Assembly: GCA_040756875.1 (NCBI GenBank)
Contig: JBFLYH010000001.1
Span: forward strand, 288,001-352,000
Length of the DNA stretch: 64,000 nt
Direction of reading: 5' to 3'
Source: a candidate division FCPU426 bacterium
GTDB taxonomy: Bacteria; Oederibacteriota; JAAXVQ01; JAUVAV01
The translations under genes and the position numbers were made by a program. Of this stretch, positions 38,128 to 47,949 are shown one piece after another (the stretch's first letter is position 1; every line of letters starts with the position of its first letter). The notes below the pieces were generated by a model. That model was not told the DNA's origin. It saw nothing but the letters and a program-made list of their open reading frames with translations, and did no database searches.

Positions 38128-38807
38128 GGAAACCGCTGGCCGCGCTTGGCTGCCTGTTGGGGATTGCGATCCTGGCAGCCGGCTGCGCCACCCGCGGCCC
38201 CCTAGCCAGCCTTCGCCCGCAGCCGGGCAAGGCGCTGGTAGTGGGCCGGGTTGAAGTTTACTACAACCAAAAACTCCGGAATGAACAGGTTGAACTCCGG
38301 TTCAAGCAACTGACCAGGGTGGCCAAGGACAATACGTTTTATTACGGCCCGGGTGAAGCCGGTCCGAACATTCCCCAACCATACGGGTTGGATGCCTCAG
38401 GGCTACTGGTACTGGCTTTGGAGCCGGGCGAGTGGATCCTGGAACGCATTTTGTGCCATTTGGGTGAAAACCGGGGTGACATGCTTTATGCCTTTTACCG
38501 GGAAAACCCGGTCTTCAATCTGCCGCAGGCTGGAAAAGTTTATTACCTGGGGGACCTCAACATTCGCTGGCAGGGGCCGGAGACCAAGGATTGGGACCTT
38601 TTCAGGACGCTGGATCCCACCGCCCGCCCGGTCAACGACGGCGAGTTGCAGCTTGAAATAAGCGAGGACGCGGAGGGGTTGAGAACGGAACTTAACCGGC
38701 GGTATGGCGCGGTGCCGGAATGGGAGCACGCCGTGCCTGCGATCCAAACGTCCGTTGCCCCTGCCGGGAATACGGTTCCGGCGCAGACGGTTCCGGATTC
38801 CCAGTAG
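38124..38807 (+). CDS. Hypothetical lipoprotein
   Basis: ATGA overlap; lipobox LAAGC; GKALVVGRV...LEPGEW...AGKVYYLGDL. Confidence 0.75.
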   Translation: MRKPLAALGCLLGIAILAAGCATRGPLASLRPQPGKALVVGRVEVYYNQKLRNEQVELRFKQLTRVAKDNTFYYGPGEAGPNIPQPYGLDASGLLVLALEPGEWILERILCHLGENRGDMLYAFYRENPVFNLPQAGKVYYLGDLNIRWQGPETKDWDLFRTLDPTARPVNDGELQLEISEDAEGLRTELNRRYGAVPEWEHAVPAIQTSVAPAGNTVPAQTVPDSQ

Positions 38808-38875
38808 AAAATATGGTATAATACCTGCCGCATTGCCGTGCGTGTGGGCAGCGAGTCCGCAAGGGAGGAATGACT

Positions 38876-39136
38876 ATGTCGAAATATCTGTGGTTGCCGC
38901 TGTTGCTGGTGCTGGGAACGATGACCGGTTGTTCGAGCATGAACGTGTCGTTGGGCGGGGAACTCGGAGGCGCCTCCTTGGGCGCCAATGTCGATCCGCT
39001 GAACAAGAACGTGAACGTCAATGCCGGCAAGACCATCAAAACCGGCGGCGTCGAGACCACGGTCAACACATCCACCGACGGCTCGGGCGTCGGCATGGAC
39101 ACGGATGTGCAATACGACCCGGACGCGGAAGAATAA
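38876..39136 (+). CDS. Small hypothetical lipoprotein
   Basis: GGAGG RBS; lipobox MTGC; Gly/Asn/Val-rich body. Confidence 0.65.
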   Translation: MSKYLWLPLLLVLGTMTGCSSMNVSLGGELGGASLGANVDPLNKNVNVNAGKTIKTGGVETTVNTSTDGSGVGMDTDVQYDPDAEE

Positions 39137-39283
39137 CGTTCTTTCCCGAAAACGAACAAAGGGGCCCGGCCGGTTGGGTTCATAGCCACCGCCGGCCGGA
39201 TCCCGGGAAGTCCGCCGCATTTACACCCCGCCCTGCCTTCGCAACCCTCCGCAGGTTGACCAGCCCTCATGCCAAGCTAGAGA

Positions 39284-40762
39284 TCAGATTTTTTCGAAGA
39301 TTTTGCGAAAATGAAACCCGTAAATGGCGAGGGTGACGGCCAGAGGAAAATGGCGCGGTTTGCGAAACAGCGACCAGAGCAGCAATTTCCAATACTGCAG
39401 GCGCTCTTTGCCGATGATGCCCAGGCGGACAATAGATTTGAAAAAAGCCGCCAGGGTGACGAATTCGAAATGGTAATGGCGGCGCGCCGGCGAACGGTAT
39501 TCTTTCAGGAAACGGATAATGCGGGCGTAATAATTAGCCGGCGCGTAAATATGAGTGACGATTTTCCGGTATCCCGCCAGGAGGGCGTCTCGGTTCATCC
39601 GGGGTTTGAAATTCAAGGAATAGTTGGTATTGTCTCCGGAGGAGGTCTGAACCAGGCGTTGTTCCTTTTCCAATTTGGCGTGCAGCCGGGTGCCTTTCAT
39701 CGCGTTGAGCAGCCCGACCATGGCGGTGACAATGCCGCTTTGCTGGATGAAGGCGATGGTGCTGTCGAAGATGGAAGCCGGGTCGTTATCGAACCCGACG
39801 ATAAACCCCGCCTGCACCTGCAATCCCGCTTGCTGGCATTTTTGCACCGCGGCCAGCAGATCCCGGTTTTTATTTTGGGTTTTCGAGCATTCGGCCAGGC
39901 TGGCCTCGTTGGGCGATTCGATCCCGATGAAGACCATGTTAAACCCGGCCTTCACCAGCAGCGGCAACAGCTCGTCGTCGTCCGCCAGGTTGATGGATGT
40001 TTGCGTTAAAAAAGTGAAGGGATGGCGGTGGCGTTCCATCCACTCGCTGATGGCCGGCAGGATGGAATGCTTCAGTTTTTGCGTGTTGCCGATGAAGTTA
40101 TCGTCTACGAAGAAGACCGGGCCGCGCCAGCCACGCTGGTAAAGGCGGTCAAGCTCCTCGAGCACCTGCGCCCGGCTTTTGGTTCGGCTGCGGCAGCCAT
40201 AGAGCACCGTAATGTCGCAGAAATCACAGTTGAAAGGGCAGCCGCGGGAATATTGGATGCTCATGGCAGCATAGTGCCGTTTGGAAATCAGATTCCATTC
40301 CGGAGGAGGCGAGCTCGTCAGATCGGCCCACTCGGAAGTGGCATAAACCGGCTGCGGGCAGCCGGCTTCCAGGTCCTGCACGAAGCGCGGGAGGGTGATC
40401 TCGGCCTCGTTCAGAACCAAATGATCGATGCCCTGAAAATCGCCGGGGGCCGAGGTGAAGAGCGGTCCGCCGGCCACGATTTTAACCCCGGCCTGACGGC
40501 AGCGCTCGATGACCTTGAGTACGGAGGCGCGCTGGATCGAAATGCCGCTCAGGAAAACGTAATCGGCCCACTGCAAATCCCGGTCCCGCAGGGATTTGAC
40601 GTTCAAATCCACCAGCTTTTTATTCCACGCGGCCGGCAGCTGGGCTGCGATGGTGAGCAGTCCCAGGGGCGGAAACGACGCTTTCTTGGAAATGAAACGC
40701 AGGGCGTATTTAAAACTCCAAAACGTCTGCGGATGCTTGGGGTAAACCAGTAGAATATTCAT
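39284..40762 (-). CDS. B12-binding domain radical SAM protein with DUF4070-like C-terminus
   Basis: MNILLVYP...FPPLGLLT, SRGCPFNCDFC, FFVDDNFIG, FIGIES, GFIVGFDND. Confidence 0.93.
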   Translation of the reverse strand: MNILLVYPKHPQTFWSFKYALRFISKKASFPPLGLLTIAAQLPAAWNKKLVDLNVKSLRDRDLQWADYVFLSGISIQRASVLKVIERCRQAGVKIVAGGPLFTSAPGDFQGIDHLVLNEAEITLPRFVQDLEAGCPQPVYATSEWADLTSSPPPEWNLISKRHYAAMSIQYSRGCPFNCDFCDITVLYGCRSRTKSRAQVLEELDRLYQRGWRGPVFFVDDNFIGNTQKLKHSILPAISEWMERHRHPFTFLTQTSINLADDDELLPLLVKAGFNMVFIGIESPNEASLAECSKTQNKNRDLLAAVQKCQQAGLQVQAGFIVGFDNDPASIFDSTIAFIQQSGIVTAMVGLLNAMKGTRLHAKLEKEQRLVQTSSGDNTNYSLNFKPRMNRDALLAGYRKIVTHIYAPANYYARIIRFLKEYRSPARRHYHFEFVTLAAFFKSIVRLGIIGKERLQYWKLLLWSLFRKPRHFPLAVTLAIYGFHFRKIFEKI

Positions 40763-40991
40763 GGTGAGAACGCTCCTTGTCAACGCGGGCGGATACGAAC
40801 AGGACATGGGAAGCGGAGAAGTGCTCGACCGAAGAAGTCTCAAGACAGGCTGGTTCGGAGGGCGGTAATCATTGGCGCCAGCGAACGGCGACTCCCGGAG
40901 CGGCGCCAGTGGCCGAAATTGCTCCCCAAACAAGTATACAAGAGCGGCCTGGGAAAAGATAGCCCCGCTTTCGAAGGGACGAAAATAAAGC

Positions 40992-41020
40992 TTGCCATGA
41001 TCCCGCTTCTTTGGTACTGT
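40992..41020 (+). promoter_or_regulatory. Sigma70-type promoter implying a ~220-nt 5' UTR for rhlE
   Basis: TTGCCA-N17-TACTGT with TGn extension. Confidence 0.45.
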
Positions 41021-41247
41021 ATATGCCGATAGCGCAGTAATTTGCCTTCCAACCTTCCTTCAGGCTTACCGAGAAAGAGCGGCAGGAAAATTCCCGCTAA
41101 TCAGAACAAAATCCATTGCCGATTCCGTTTTAACGGTCCGTATGGGGAAGACCGGCTTTATGCCGGGCTTCGCCGGGACTGCTGCCAGTTTAGGGCGGTA
41201 GGAGTGGGTTTAAAACCTCGCTTGCTGGCAGGCAAAAAAGGAATGCA

Positions 41248-42456
41248 ATGAAGTTCGAAGAATTACAGTTGGACCCCCGCGTGGCGCAAGGGTTGCAAGC
41301 CGCCGGGTATGAAGCAGCAACCCCCATTCAGGAGGCCGCGATTCCCACGGCCATGGCCGGCCGGGATTTGATCGGAACGGCCCAGACCGGGACCGGAAAG
41401 ACCGCGGCGTTTGTGCTGCCGATTTTACACCGGCTACTGCAAAAGCCCGGCCCAGGCCGGACCCGCGCCTTGATCGTGACGCCCACCCGGGAATTGGCGG
41501 AGCAAATCCACGGCGTCGTTAAAATTCTGGGTCAGCATACGCGCCTCAAATCGGCCACCGTGTACGGCGGCGTGGGTATGCAGGCCCAAATCGAGGCCCT
41601 GCGCCGCGGTGTTGACATCATCGTGGCTTGTCCCGGACGCCTGCTCGACCATGTGGCCCAGGGCCATGCCAAGCTGGATGCGGTGGAAATACTGGTCTTG
41701 GATGAAGCGGACCGGATGCTGGACATGGGCTTTCTGCCTTCGATCCAAAAAATCATCCGGTTGCTTCCGGCCGAGCGGCAGACCATGCTGTTTTCGGCGA
41801 CGTTCGACCAAGCCATGGAAAAATTGATCAAGCATGCCCTGCGCCAGCCACAGCGCTTCTCCGTGAACTCCGAGGCTCCGGCCGATACGGTCGAGCACAC
41901 CCTCTATCCGGTCGCCCAACACATGAAAAACAGCCTGCTGCTGCAGCTGATCAAAAAAACCGTGGCGCAGTCCATTTTGGTCTTTACGCGCACCAAGCAT
42001 CGCGCCGACCGCGTGACCGAGATCATCAAACGCGCCGGCCACCCCGTAGCCGCGTTGCATGCCAACAAATCGCAAAGCCAGCGTCAGCAGGCCATGAATC
42101 AGTTTCGGTCCGGCCGGCTTTCCATCCTGGTGGCCACGGATATCGCGGCCCGCGGACTGGACGTTGCCAGCATCTCCCACGTCATCAATTACGACATGCC
42201 GGATTCCGCGACCACCTATATTCACCGCATCGGCCGGACCGGACGCGCTTCGCGCACCGGAGACGCGCTGACGCTGGCGACCTGGGAGGATGCGGACGTG
42301 GTGAAGGAGATTGAAAGGAAACTGGGTGCTCCGATCCGGAGGGAGACGCTGGAGGAAATGACCGACAGCACGGTTCTGCCTGTGGCCGCGGCCGCCGCTC
42401 CTGCCGTCAAAACCATGAGCAACCGTCACACCGTTTCCGTGCGCCGGCGCTTGTAG
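41248..42456 (+). CDS. rhlE: DEAD-box RNA helicase (RhlE-like)
   Basis: TPIQ, AQTGTGKT, PTRELA, DEAD, SAT, ARGLD, HRIGRTGR. Confidence 0.93.
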   Translation: MKFEELQLDPRVAQGLQAAGYEAATPIQEAAIPTAMAGRDLIGTAQTGTGKTAAFVLPILHRLLQKPGPGRTRALIVTPTRELAEQIHGVVKILGQHTRLKSATVYGGVGMQAQIEALRRGVDIIVACPGRLLDHVAQGHAKLDAVEILVLDEADRMLDMGFLPSIQKIIRLLPAERQTMLFSATFDQAMEKLIKHALRQPQRFSVNSEAPADTVEHTLYPVAQHMKNSLLLQLIKKTVAQSILVFTRTKHRADRVTEIIKRAGHPVAALHANKSQSQRQQAMNQFRSGRLSILVATDIAARGLDVASISHVINYDMPDSATTYIHRIGRTGRASRTGDALTLATWEDADVVKEIERKLGAPIRRETLEEMTDSTVLPVAAAAAPAVKTMSNRHTVSVRRRL

Positions 42457-42518
42457 TACGCGGACGGGAGCCGGAACCTGTTTTTCGAAGGATTCGCCGG
42501 TAGGGAAGGTCGTATTGG

Positions 42519-43661
42519 TTAATCGCCCAGGCGCAAGCGACGGGGCAATACGGTTTTCAGCCAGGGGACGGCCGCTGGTTTGGACCTGGCCGTTTCGGGC
42601 GCGTCCAGCATCTGAGAAGCCACGAGAAATTCCGGACGGTATTCAAAATGCATGGTATCAAAGTGATGCCATTTCCCGCCCCAAATGAATCCGTGACGTT
42701 CGAAGATTTCCACCAGGCGCCAGGGGACTTCTTCGATCCGGCCCGCAACAGGCCTTTTCCACTCCCAATACTTGGGCAGCCGCGTGAAGGGATTGTTGAT
42801 ATCCAGGGCAATGCCGAAACTGTGGGCGGAAAGCTGCCGGGTGCCGGCCACGCGCCGCCATTCCCACGAGGTAATGTAGCGTCCCTGGCGCAAACCGGCG
42901 GTGCGGCCTCTTGAGAAACGGCGCCAGTAAGGGCGGGCGATTCGTTCGATATAGGTGCACACTTCAGGGTCGGCTTTCATTTCCCGCACCACGCCGCGCA
43001 AAGCCGCGGCTGCGCCGTTGCGGCGGTTGAACCAGACGGCATTCCCGAAAAAATCCACAACTTCCAGATTGCGGCGGACTTCCTGCGGCGTTCGGCCGTA
43101 CGCGGCTCGCAACAGATCATAGTGGCGTATCCGCCCCGGGTCCTGGCCGCTTGGCCTGGGAAGCGGAACCGGACCGAAGGGATACGGTTGGGACAGGATT
43201 GAAGCCAAGTCCGGATGGTCGAAACGTTCCTGCCAGGACATGAAACGGCCGGCACTATACCATTCCTCCCGCCGGTCATTAAAAGTGATCAGCCAGCCGC
43301 CAGGCGTGTGGGTGGGCCGGTCGATCGCTTCAGGATAGGCCTGAGCGAGAATTTGCGGGTAAGAAGCATACTGCGGGGGCAGGAGCAGAAAGGATCGGGG
43401 CCCCAGCAGCACCACGCCCGCGGCTATGACCGGCGCCAACCAGCGTGGTTTGAAAGCAGCAAGAATGATCCGCTGATAACGATTGAGAACAACCAGGGAA
43501 GGGACCCAGGGGATTTGAATGGACGGTTGACGGCTGCCCGGTTCCGCTGGAAGAGCGGGCGGGAGTGAGAGCCGGGTCCTGGAAACCGGAACCAGCGGAA
43601 TGGACAATTTCGACTGGTGGCGTTTTCGCTTCCGGTTTTTGCGTTTCTTGTGTTGGCTCAT
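42519..43661 (-). CDS. M15 family metallopeptidase (peptidoglycan peptidase) with basic/hydrophobic N-terminal extension
   Basis: WRRVAGT..LSAHSFGIALDIN, GFIWGGKWHHFDTMHFEYRPE. Confidence 0.88.
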   Translation of the reverse strand: MSQHKKRKNRKRKRHQSKLSIPLVPVSRTRLSLPPALPAEPGSRQPSIQIPWVPSLVVLNRYQRIILAAFKPRWLAPVIAAGVVLLGPRSFLLLPPQYASYPQILAQAYPEAIDRPTHTPGGWLITFNDRREEWYSAGRFMSWQERFDHPDLASILSQPYPFGPVPLPRPSGQDPGRIRHYDLLRAAYGRTPQEVRRNLEVVDFFGNAVWFNRRNGAAAALRGVVREMKADPEVCTYIERIARPYWRRFSRGRTAGLRQGRYITSWEWRRVAGTRQLSAHSFGIALDINNPFTRLPKYWEWKRPVAGRIEEVPWRLVEIFERHGFIWGGKWHHFDTMHFEYRPEFLVASQMLDAPETARSKPAAVPWLKTVLPRRLRLGD

Positions 43662-43845
43662 GGTTAACAAAGCCTAAAGAAACATTATTTAATATCCGAT
43701 AACTCAATTATATCTTATTATTGGCAGAGACCAACAAGTGATTGAGCCGAAACATGTGTGATAACCATGGCAAATGCAGTTTGATTTCGAGCGGGGGTTA
43801 TTATAAAAATAAAATCGGTAATGATTCTTATAATCGAGATATACG

Positions 43846-43875
43846 TTGACAAATAAAAGGTATTATTGTTAATAT
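43846..43875 (+). promoter_or_regulatory. Sigma70 promoter of the dsrE-tusA-hdr operon, within an AT-rich intergenic region
   Basis: TTGACA-N18-TAATAT with TGn. Confidence 0.6.
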
Positions 43876-43957
43876 AAACCCCAACTCAGAGGCCATTTGA
43901 CCTATCGCCGCCTATTCGTTTGCTCCATATAAATAATCATCCCCCAAGGAGTTGAAC

Positions 43958-44524
43958 ATGCCGGCAGAATCCGAAAAAAATCAAACCAGTGGACCGATCC
44001 AGCTTCAGGAACTTGCCGCGCGCGTGGCCAAACTGGAAAAAAACGCCCCCCAGGACCGCCTAACCCTGGGTGTTATGAAAGGCGACCTGGATTACACCAT
44101 GGCCGCATTCATTATCGCCCTGGGAGCCGCAGCCTACGACATGCAGGTGGATTTGTTTTTCACCTTCTGGGCCACAGCCTCCCTGCGGGATCCCAAGAAA
44201 AAGGCCAGGAAGGGCCTGCTGGACAAAATGTTCGGCTGGATGCTGCCCCGGGGGTCTTTCCGGCTGCCCCTGTCGAAGATGCAGATGGCCGGCATCGGCC
44301 CCCTGATGATCCGGCAGGTGATGAAAATGCGGCACGTGAAATCCCTGGAAGGGCTCATGGCCGAAGCGGCAGCCCTGGGCATTCGCATCCACGTATGCAC
44401 CATGTCCATGGATGTCATGGGGATCAAGAAAGAGGAACTGATCGATTATCCGCATATGGATTTTGTCGGCGTGGGAACGTTTGTGGACATGTTCTCCAAT
44501 TCCAAACAGTGCTGGTTCATGTAG
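43958..44524 (+). CDS. DsrE/DsrF/DrsH-like (DsrE2-type) sulfur-transfer protein
   Basis: AFIIALGAAA, LFFTFW, LPLSKM, HVCTMSMDVMGI, GVGTF. Confidence 0.9.
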   Translation: MPAESEKNQTSGPIQLQELAARVAKLEKNAPQDRLTLGVMKGDLDYTMAAFIIALGAAAYDMQVDLFFTFWATASLRDPKKKARKGLLDKMFGWMLPRGSFRLPLSKMQMAGIGPLMIRQVMKMRHVKSLEGLMAEAAALGIRIHVCTMSMDVMGIKKEELIDYPHMDFVGVGTFVDMFSNSKQCWFM

Positions 44525-44545
44525 GCGGCCGGCGAAGGAGCGCAA

Positions 44546-44800
44546 ATGAACACCGATGAACTGAAGGCCCTGAAAGTTGACAAGGAAGTGGACGCCCGCG
44601 GCATGGCTTGCCCCGGCCCCCTGCTTGAAGCCAAGCGGGCCGTGGCCGAGGTTTCCGGCGGCCAGGTCATGCAGGTGATGTCCTCGGACGAAGGCACGCT
44701 CTCGGACATGCAGCGGTGGTCGCAGAAGATCGGACATGAGTATCTGGGCCACATTGAAGAAGACGGCTTCTGGAGCATCTTCGTCCGGATCAAAAGCTAA
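44546..44800 (+). CDS. tusA: TusA/SirA family sulfur carrier
   Basis: VDARGMACPGPLL, SSDEGTLSDM..W...GHEYL. Confidence 0.92.
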   Translation: MNTDELKALKVDKEVDARGMACPGPLLEAKRAVAEVSGGQVMQVMSSDEGTLSDMQRWSQKIGHEYLGHIEEDGFWSIFVRIKS

Positions 44801-44819
44801 GGACACAGGCTGGCCGGTC

Positions 44820-45215
44820 ATGCCTCCATCCCCCAAGATATTGGTTTTTTCCACCAATAATATTTCCGATCCCGGAATCGACTTCGCGGGCAGCGCGCAC
44901 CTTCACTATTCGACCGCGGTGCGCGTGGTAGCCTTGCCCTGTTCCAGCGGGATCAAGCCCGCCTGGATCGAGCACGCCTTGAAGTCCGGGTTCGACGGGG
45001 TGTTCGTCGCGGCCTGCGGAGGAGACTGCGCCTTCTTGCCCAATTGCAACCAGTTGACGGGCCAAGTCGTGCAAAAGGCCCAGGCGCTGCTCAAATCGTC
45101 CGGCCTCAATCCCAAACGGCTGAAGATGGCCGCCATTTGCTCGGTGTGCGCCGAGCAGTTCGTCACGCACATGCACAATTTTGAGAAGGAACTCGTCAAA
45201 CTTGCCGCCTCTTGA
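44820..45215 (+). CDS. mvhD: MvhD/FlpD-like iron-sulfur subunit with atypical Cys pattern
   Basis: PKILVF, D.AG....Y, LPCSS, GFDGVFVAAC..DC, GLNPKRL. Confidence 0.82.
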   Translation: MPPSPKILVFSTNNISDPGIDFAGSAHLHYSTAVRVVALPCSSGIKPAWIEHALKSGFDGVFVAACGGDCAFLPNCNQLTGQVVQKAQALLKSSGLNPKRLKMAAICSVCAEQFVTHMHNFEKELVKLAAS

Positions 45216-47949
45216 AAGCAGTCACCACCACTATGACGCGTTGATCGTCGGCGCGGGCACTTCGGGCATGGAGGCCGCCCTCACGCTGGGCGACATGGGC
45301 CATCGCGTGCTGCTGGTCGAAAAGGAACCCAGCATCGGCGGGAAAACCATCCTGCTGAGCAAGGTGTTTCCCACCCTCGACTGCGCCAGCTGCATCTCCA
45401 CGCCCAAAATGGCGGCCACGGCGCATCATCCGAACGTGACCTTGATGGTTTCCACCGAGGCCGAAGCGGTCGAAAAAAACGACGGCCGTTTCCGGATCAG
45501 GCTGCGCCACCGGGCCACTTCGGTGCATCCTGACTTGTGCACGGGCTGCGGCCAATGCGAAACCGCCTGCACGGTCGCGGTGCCGGACCAGTATAATTAC
45601 GGCCTGGCCGCCCGGCGGGCGGCGCACATTCCCTTTCCCCAGGCCATTCCCAAGAAAGCGGTGATCGAGAAGGAAGGATCCGCGCCCTGCCACCGCGCCT
45701 GTCCGGCCGGGGTGCACGCCAGCGGATTCGTCTCCCTGGTGCGGAGCGGCAAATACCGGGAGGGCTTCCTGCTCCACCTTGAGGATGCGCCCCTGGTCGG
45801 CGTGCTCAGCCGCGCCTGTTACGCGCCCTGTGAAGGGGAATGCACGCGCACCGACCTGGAAGGCGCGGTCAACATCCGCGCCGTCAAGCGTTTCATGTCC
45901 GACCGTTACTACGCCGACCATCCTGAACCTGAATACGGCCCGCCTGCCGAACGCCTGAACACGCGCGTGGCCGTGGTGGGTTCCGGGCCGGCCGGCCTGG
46001 CCGCGGCCTTTTACCTCGCCCGCCAAGGGCACGGCGTGACGATCTTCGAGTCGCAGCCCGAACCCGGCGGCATGCTGCGCTACGGCATTCCGGCCTACCG
46101 CCTGCCGCGCGAAGTGGTGGACCGGGACATCAGGAACGTCACAGCCCTGGGCGTGGAGATCAAGACCAACGCCAAAGTGGAATCGCTCGCGGCCCTCCAG
46201 GGCCAAGGCTTTGACGGCGTCGTCGTGGCCGTGGGCGGGCAGGTGCCCCGCATCGTGCCGCTGGCGGGCGTTGAACGGGTCGACCAGGACGACTGCATGA
46301 ATTTCCTCAGCCACAGCCAGAGCAAACAGGCGGAGATCCGCAACCGGCACGTGGTGGTGATCGGCGGCGGCAACGTGGCCATGGACGTGGCGCGTTCGGC
46401 CGTGCGCCTGGGTGCGGCCGCGGTCTCGGTGCTGTGCCTGGAGTGCCGGGCTGACATGCCGGCCCACCCCTTCGAAGTGGTGGAAGCCGAGGAAGAGGGA
46501 GTTAATTTCCATCCGGCCTCGGTCACCAACCGCATTTTCAGCGGGCCGGAAGGCCCGCTGCTCGAGTTCGTGCAAATTCATTCGTTCCAAATGGTGGAAG
46601 GCAAACCGAGTTATCAAACCATGCCGGGCAGTGAACGGCAAATCCGCGCGGACGTGGTGATCATGGCGGTCGGCCTTGCGCCCAGCACCTTGCCGTTCCG
46701 CGGGGAAGTGGAGCTCAACCGCAACCAGACCATCCGCGCGGACGAGGAAACGCTGGAAACCTCCCGGCCGCTGGTTTTTGCCTGCGGCGACGCGGTCATG
46801 GGGCCGGCCATCATTGTCAAATCCATCGGCCAGGGCAAGCGGGCCGCGCACTATCTGGATTTGAAGCTCAAGCAACAGCCTTTGGCGCCCGCAGCCTGGA
46901 TGGCTCTGCCGGAGGCGGCTGACAAAGTCGCGGTGCTTAAAAATGAAAAAGGCGCGCCGAGGCGGGAACCGGCGGCCCAGCGGATGAAAACTCCCAAGGA
47001 ACGCGTGGCCAGCTTCGAAGCGTACGAAGGCGCGCTGACGGAAGCGGAGGCGCGCTCAGCCGCAGGCCGCTGCCTGGATTGCGCGGTCTGCTCCCAGTGC
47101 CTGGAGTGCGTGCGCGTCTGCCCGGCGAATGCCGTTGATTTCGGCATCCGTCCGCGCATGGAACAGGTGACCGCCTCGGCCGTCATCCTGGCCGGCGGGT
47201 TCGAGATCCTCGATCCGGCCGCCAAGCCGCTGCTGGGATTCGGCCGTTATCCCGACGTCCTTTCCGCGCCGCAGATGGACCGCCTGCTGGCTCCCACGCG
47301 GCCGTTCAACGGCGTGCTGCGCCCGTCCGACGGCCGGGAACCGGAACACATCGCCATGGTGCTGTGTTCAGGGGCCAGGGACCATACGGTTTGCAACCCC
47401 CTCTGCTGCCGGATCGGGTGCATGTACGCCCTCAAACAGGCGCAGTTGCTGATGGGCGCACTGCCCCTGGCCGAGGTCACGATTTACTACATCGACATCC
47501 GCGCCTTCGGCAAGGGGTACGACGAGTTTTTCGAACAGGCCAGGGGCATGGGCGTCAAATTCGCGAAAGGCAAAGTTGTCCGCATCGAGGAAAAGCCGGG
47601 GGGCGGCCTGCTTCTGCATTACGAGGACATGGCCGCGGGTGCGGGCCCCAAAACCGCGGAGCATGACCTGGCCGTGCTGTCCGTGGGCCTGCAGCCCAAC
47701 CGCGCGCTCCTGGACCGGCTGGGAGCCCTGCGGCCGGAAACCGACGAGCAGGGATACGTGCGCGAAGCCGGCGGCATGACTGATCCGGCCGCCACCAATG
47801 TTGAAGGCCTGTTCGTGGCCGGCGCTTTTCCCGGGGGCCGCGACATCCCGGATGCGGTGCTGCACGCCGCGGCCACGGCCACGCAGGCTGCGCGTTATCT
47901 GGCGAAAAAAGAAAACCAGCCGGCCGGACCGGCGCAGGAGGGCCGCTGA
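45181..47949 (+). CDS. hdrA: HdrA-like flavoprotein with inserted GltD/NfnB-like NAD(P)H oxidoreductase module (HdrL type); start may be TTG 45202
   Basis: IVGAGTSG, LSKVFPTLDCASC, CTGCGQCETAC, APCHRACP...CYAPCEGEC, VGSGPAG, IGGGNVAMD, RCLDCAVCSQCLECVRVCP, YYIDIRAFGK. Confidence 0.92.
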   Translation: MRRNSSNLPPLESSHHHYDALIVGAGTSGMEAALTLGDMGHRVLLVEKEPSIGGKTILLSKVFPTLDCASCISTPKMAATAHHPNVTLMVSTEAEAVEKNDGRFRIRLRHRATSVHPDLCTGCGQCETACTVAVPDQYNYGLAARRAAHIPFPQAIPKKAVIEKEGSAPCHRACPAGVHASGFVSLVRSGKYREGFLLHLEDAPLVGVLSRACYAPCEGECTRTDLEGAVNIRAVKRFMSDRYYADHPEPEYGPPAERLNTRVAVVGSGPAGLAAAFYLARQGHGVTIFESQPEPGGMLRYGIPAYRLPREVVDRDIRNVTALGVEIKTNAKVESLAALQGQGFDGVVVAVGGQVPRIVPLAGVERVDQDDCMNFLSHSQSKQAEIRNRHVVVIGGGNVAMDVARSAVRLGAAAVSVLCLECRADMPAHPFEVVEAEEEGVNFHPASVTNRIFSGPEGPLLEFVQIHSFQMVEGKPSYQTMPGSERQIRADVVIMAVGLAPSTLPFRGEVELNRNQTIRADEETLETSRPLVFACGDAVMGPAIIVKSIGQGKRAAHYLDLKLKQQPLAPAAWMALPEAADKVAVLKNEKGAPRREPAAQRMKTPKERVASFEAYEGALTEAEARSAAGRCLDCAVCSQCLECVRVCPANAVDFGIRPRMEQVTASAVILAGGFEILDPAAKPLLGFGRYPDVLSAPQMDRLLAPTRPFNGVLRPSDGREPEHIAMVLCSGARDHTVCNPLCCRIGCMYALKQAQLLMGALPLAEVTIYYIDIRAFGKGYDEFFEQARGMGVKFAKGKVVRIEEKPGGGLLLHYEDMAAGAGPKTAEHDLAVLSVGLQPNRALLDRLGALRPETDEQGYVREAGGMTDPAATNVEGLFVAGAFPGGRDIPDAVLHAAATATQAARYLAKKENQPAGPAQEGR

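Noticed and set aside
43757-43772. CRP/FNR/HcpR-type site TGTGA-N6-TGGCA
   Set aside because: The right half-site matches only 3 of 5 positions.
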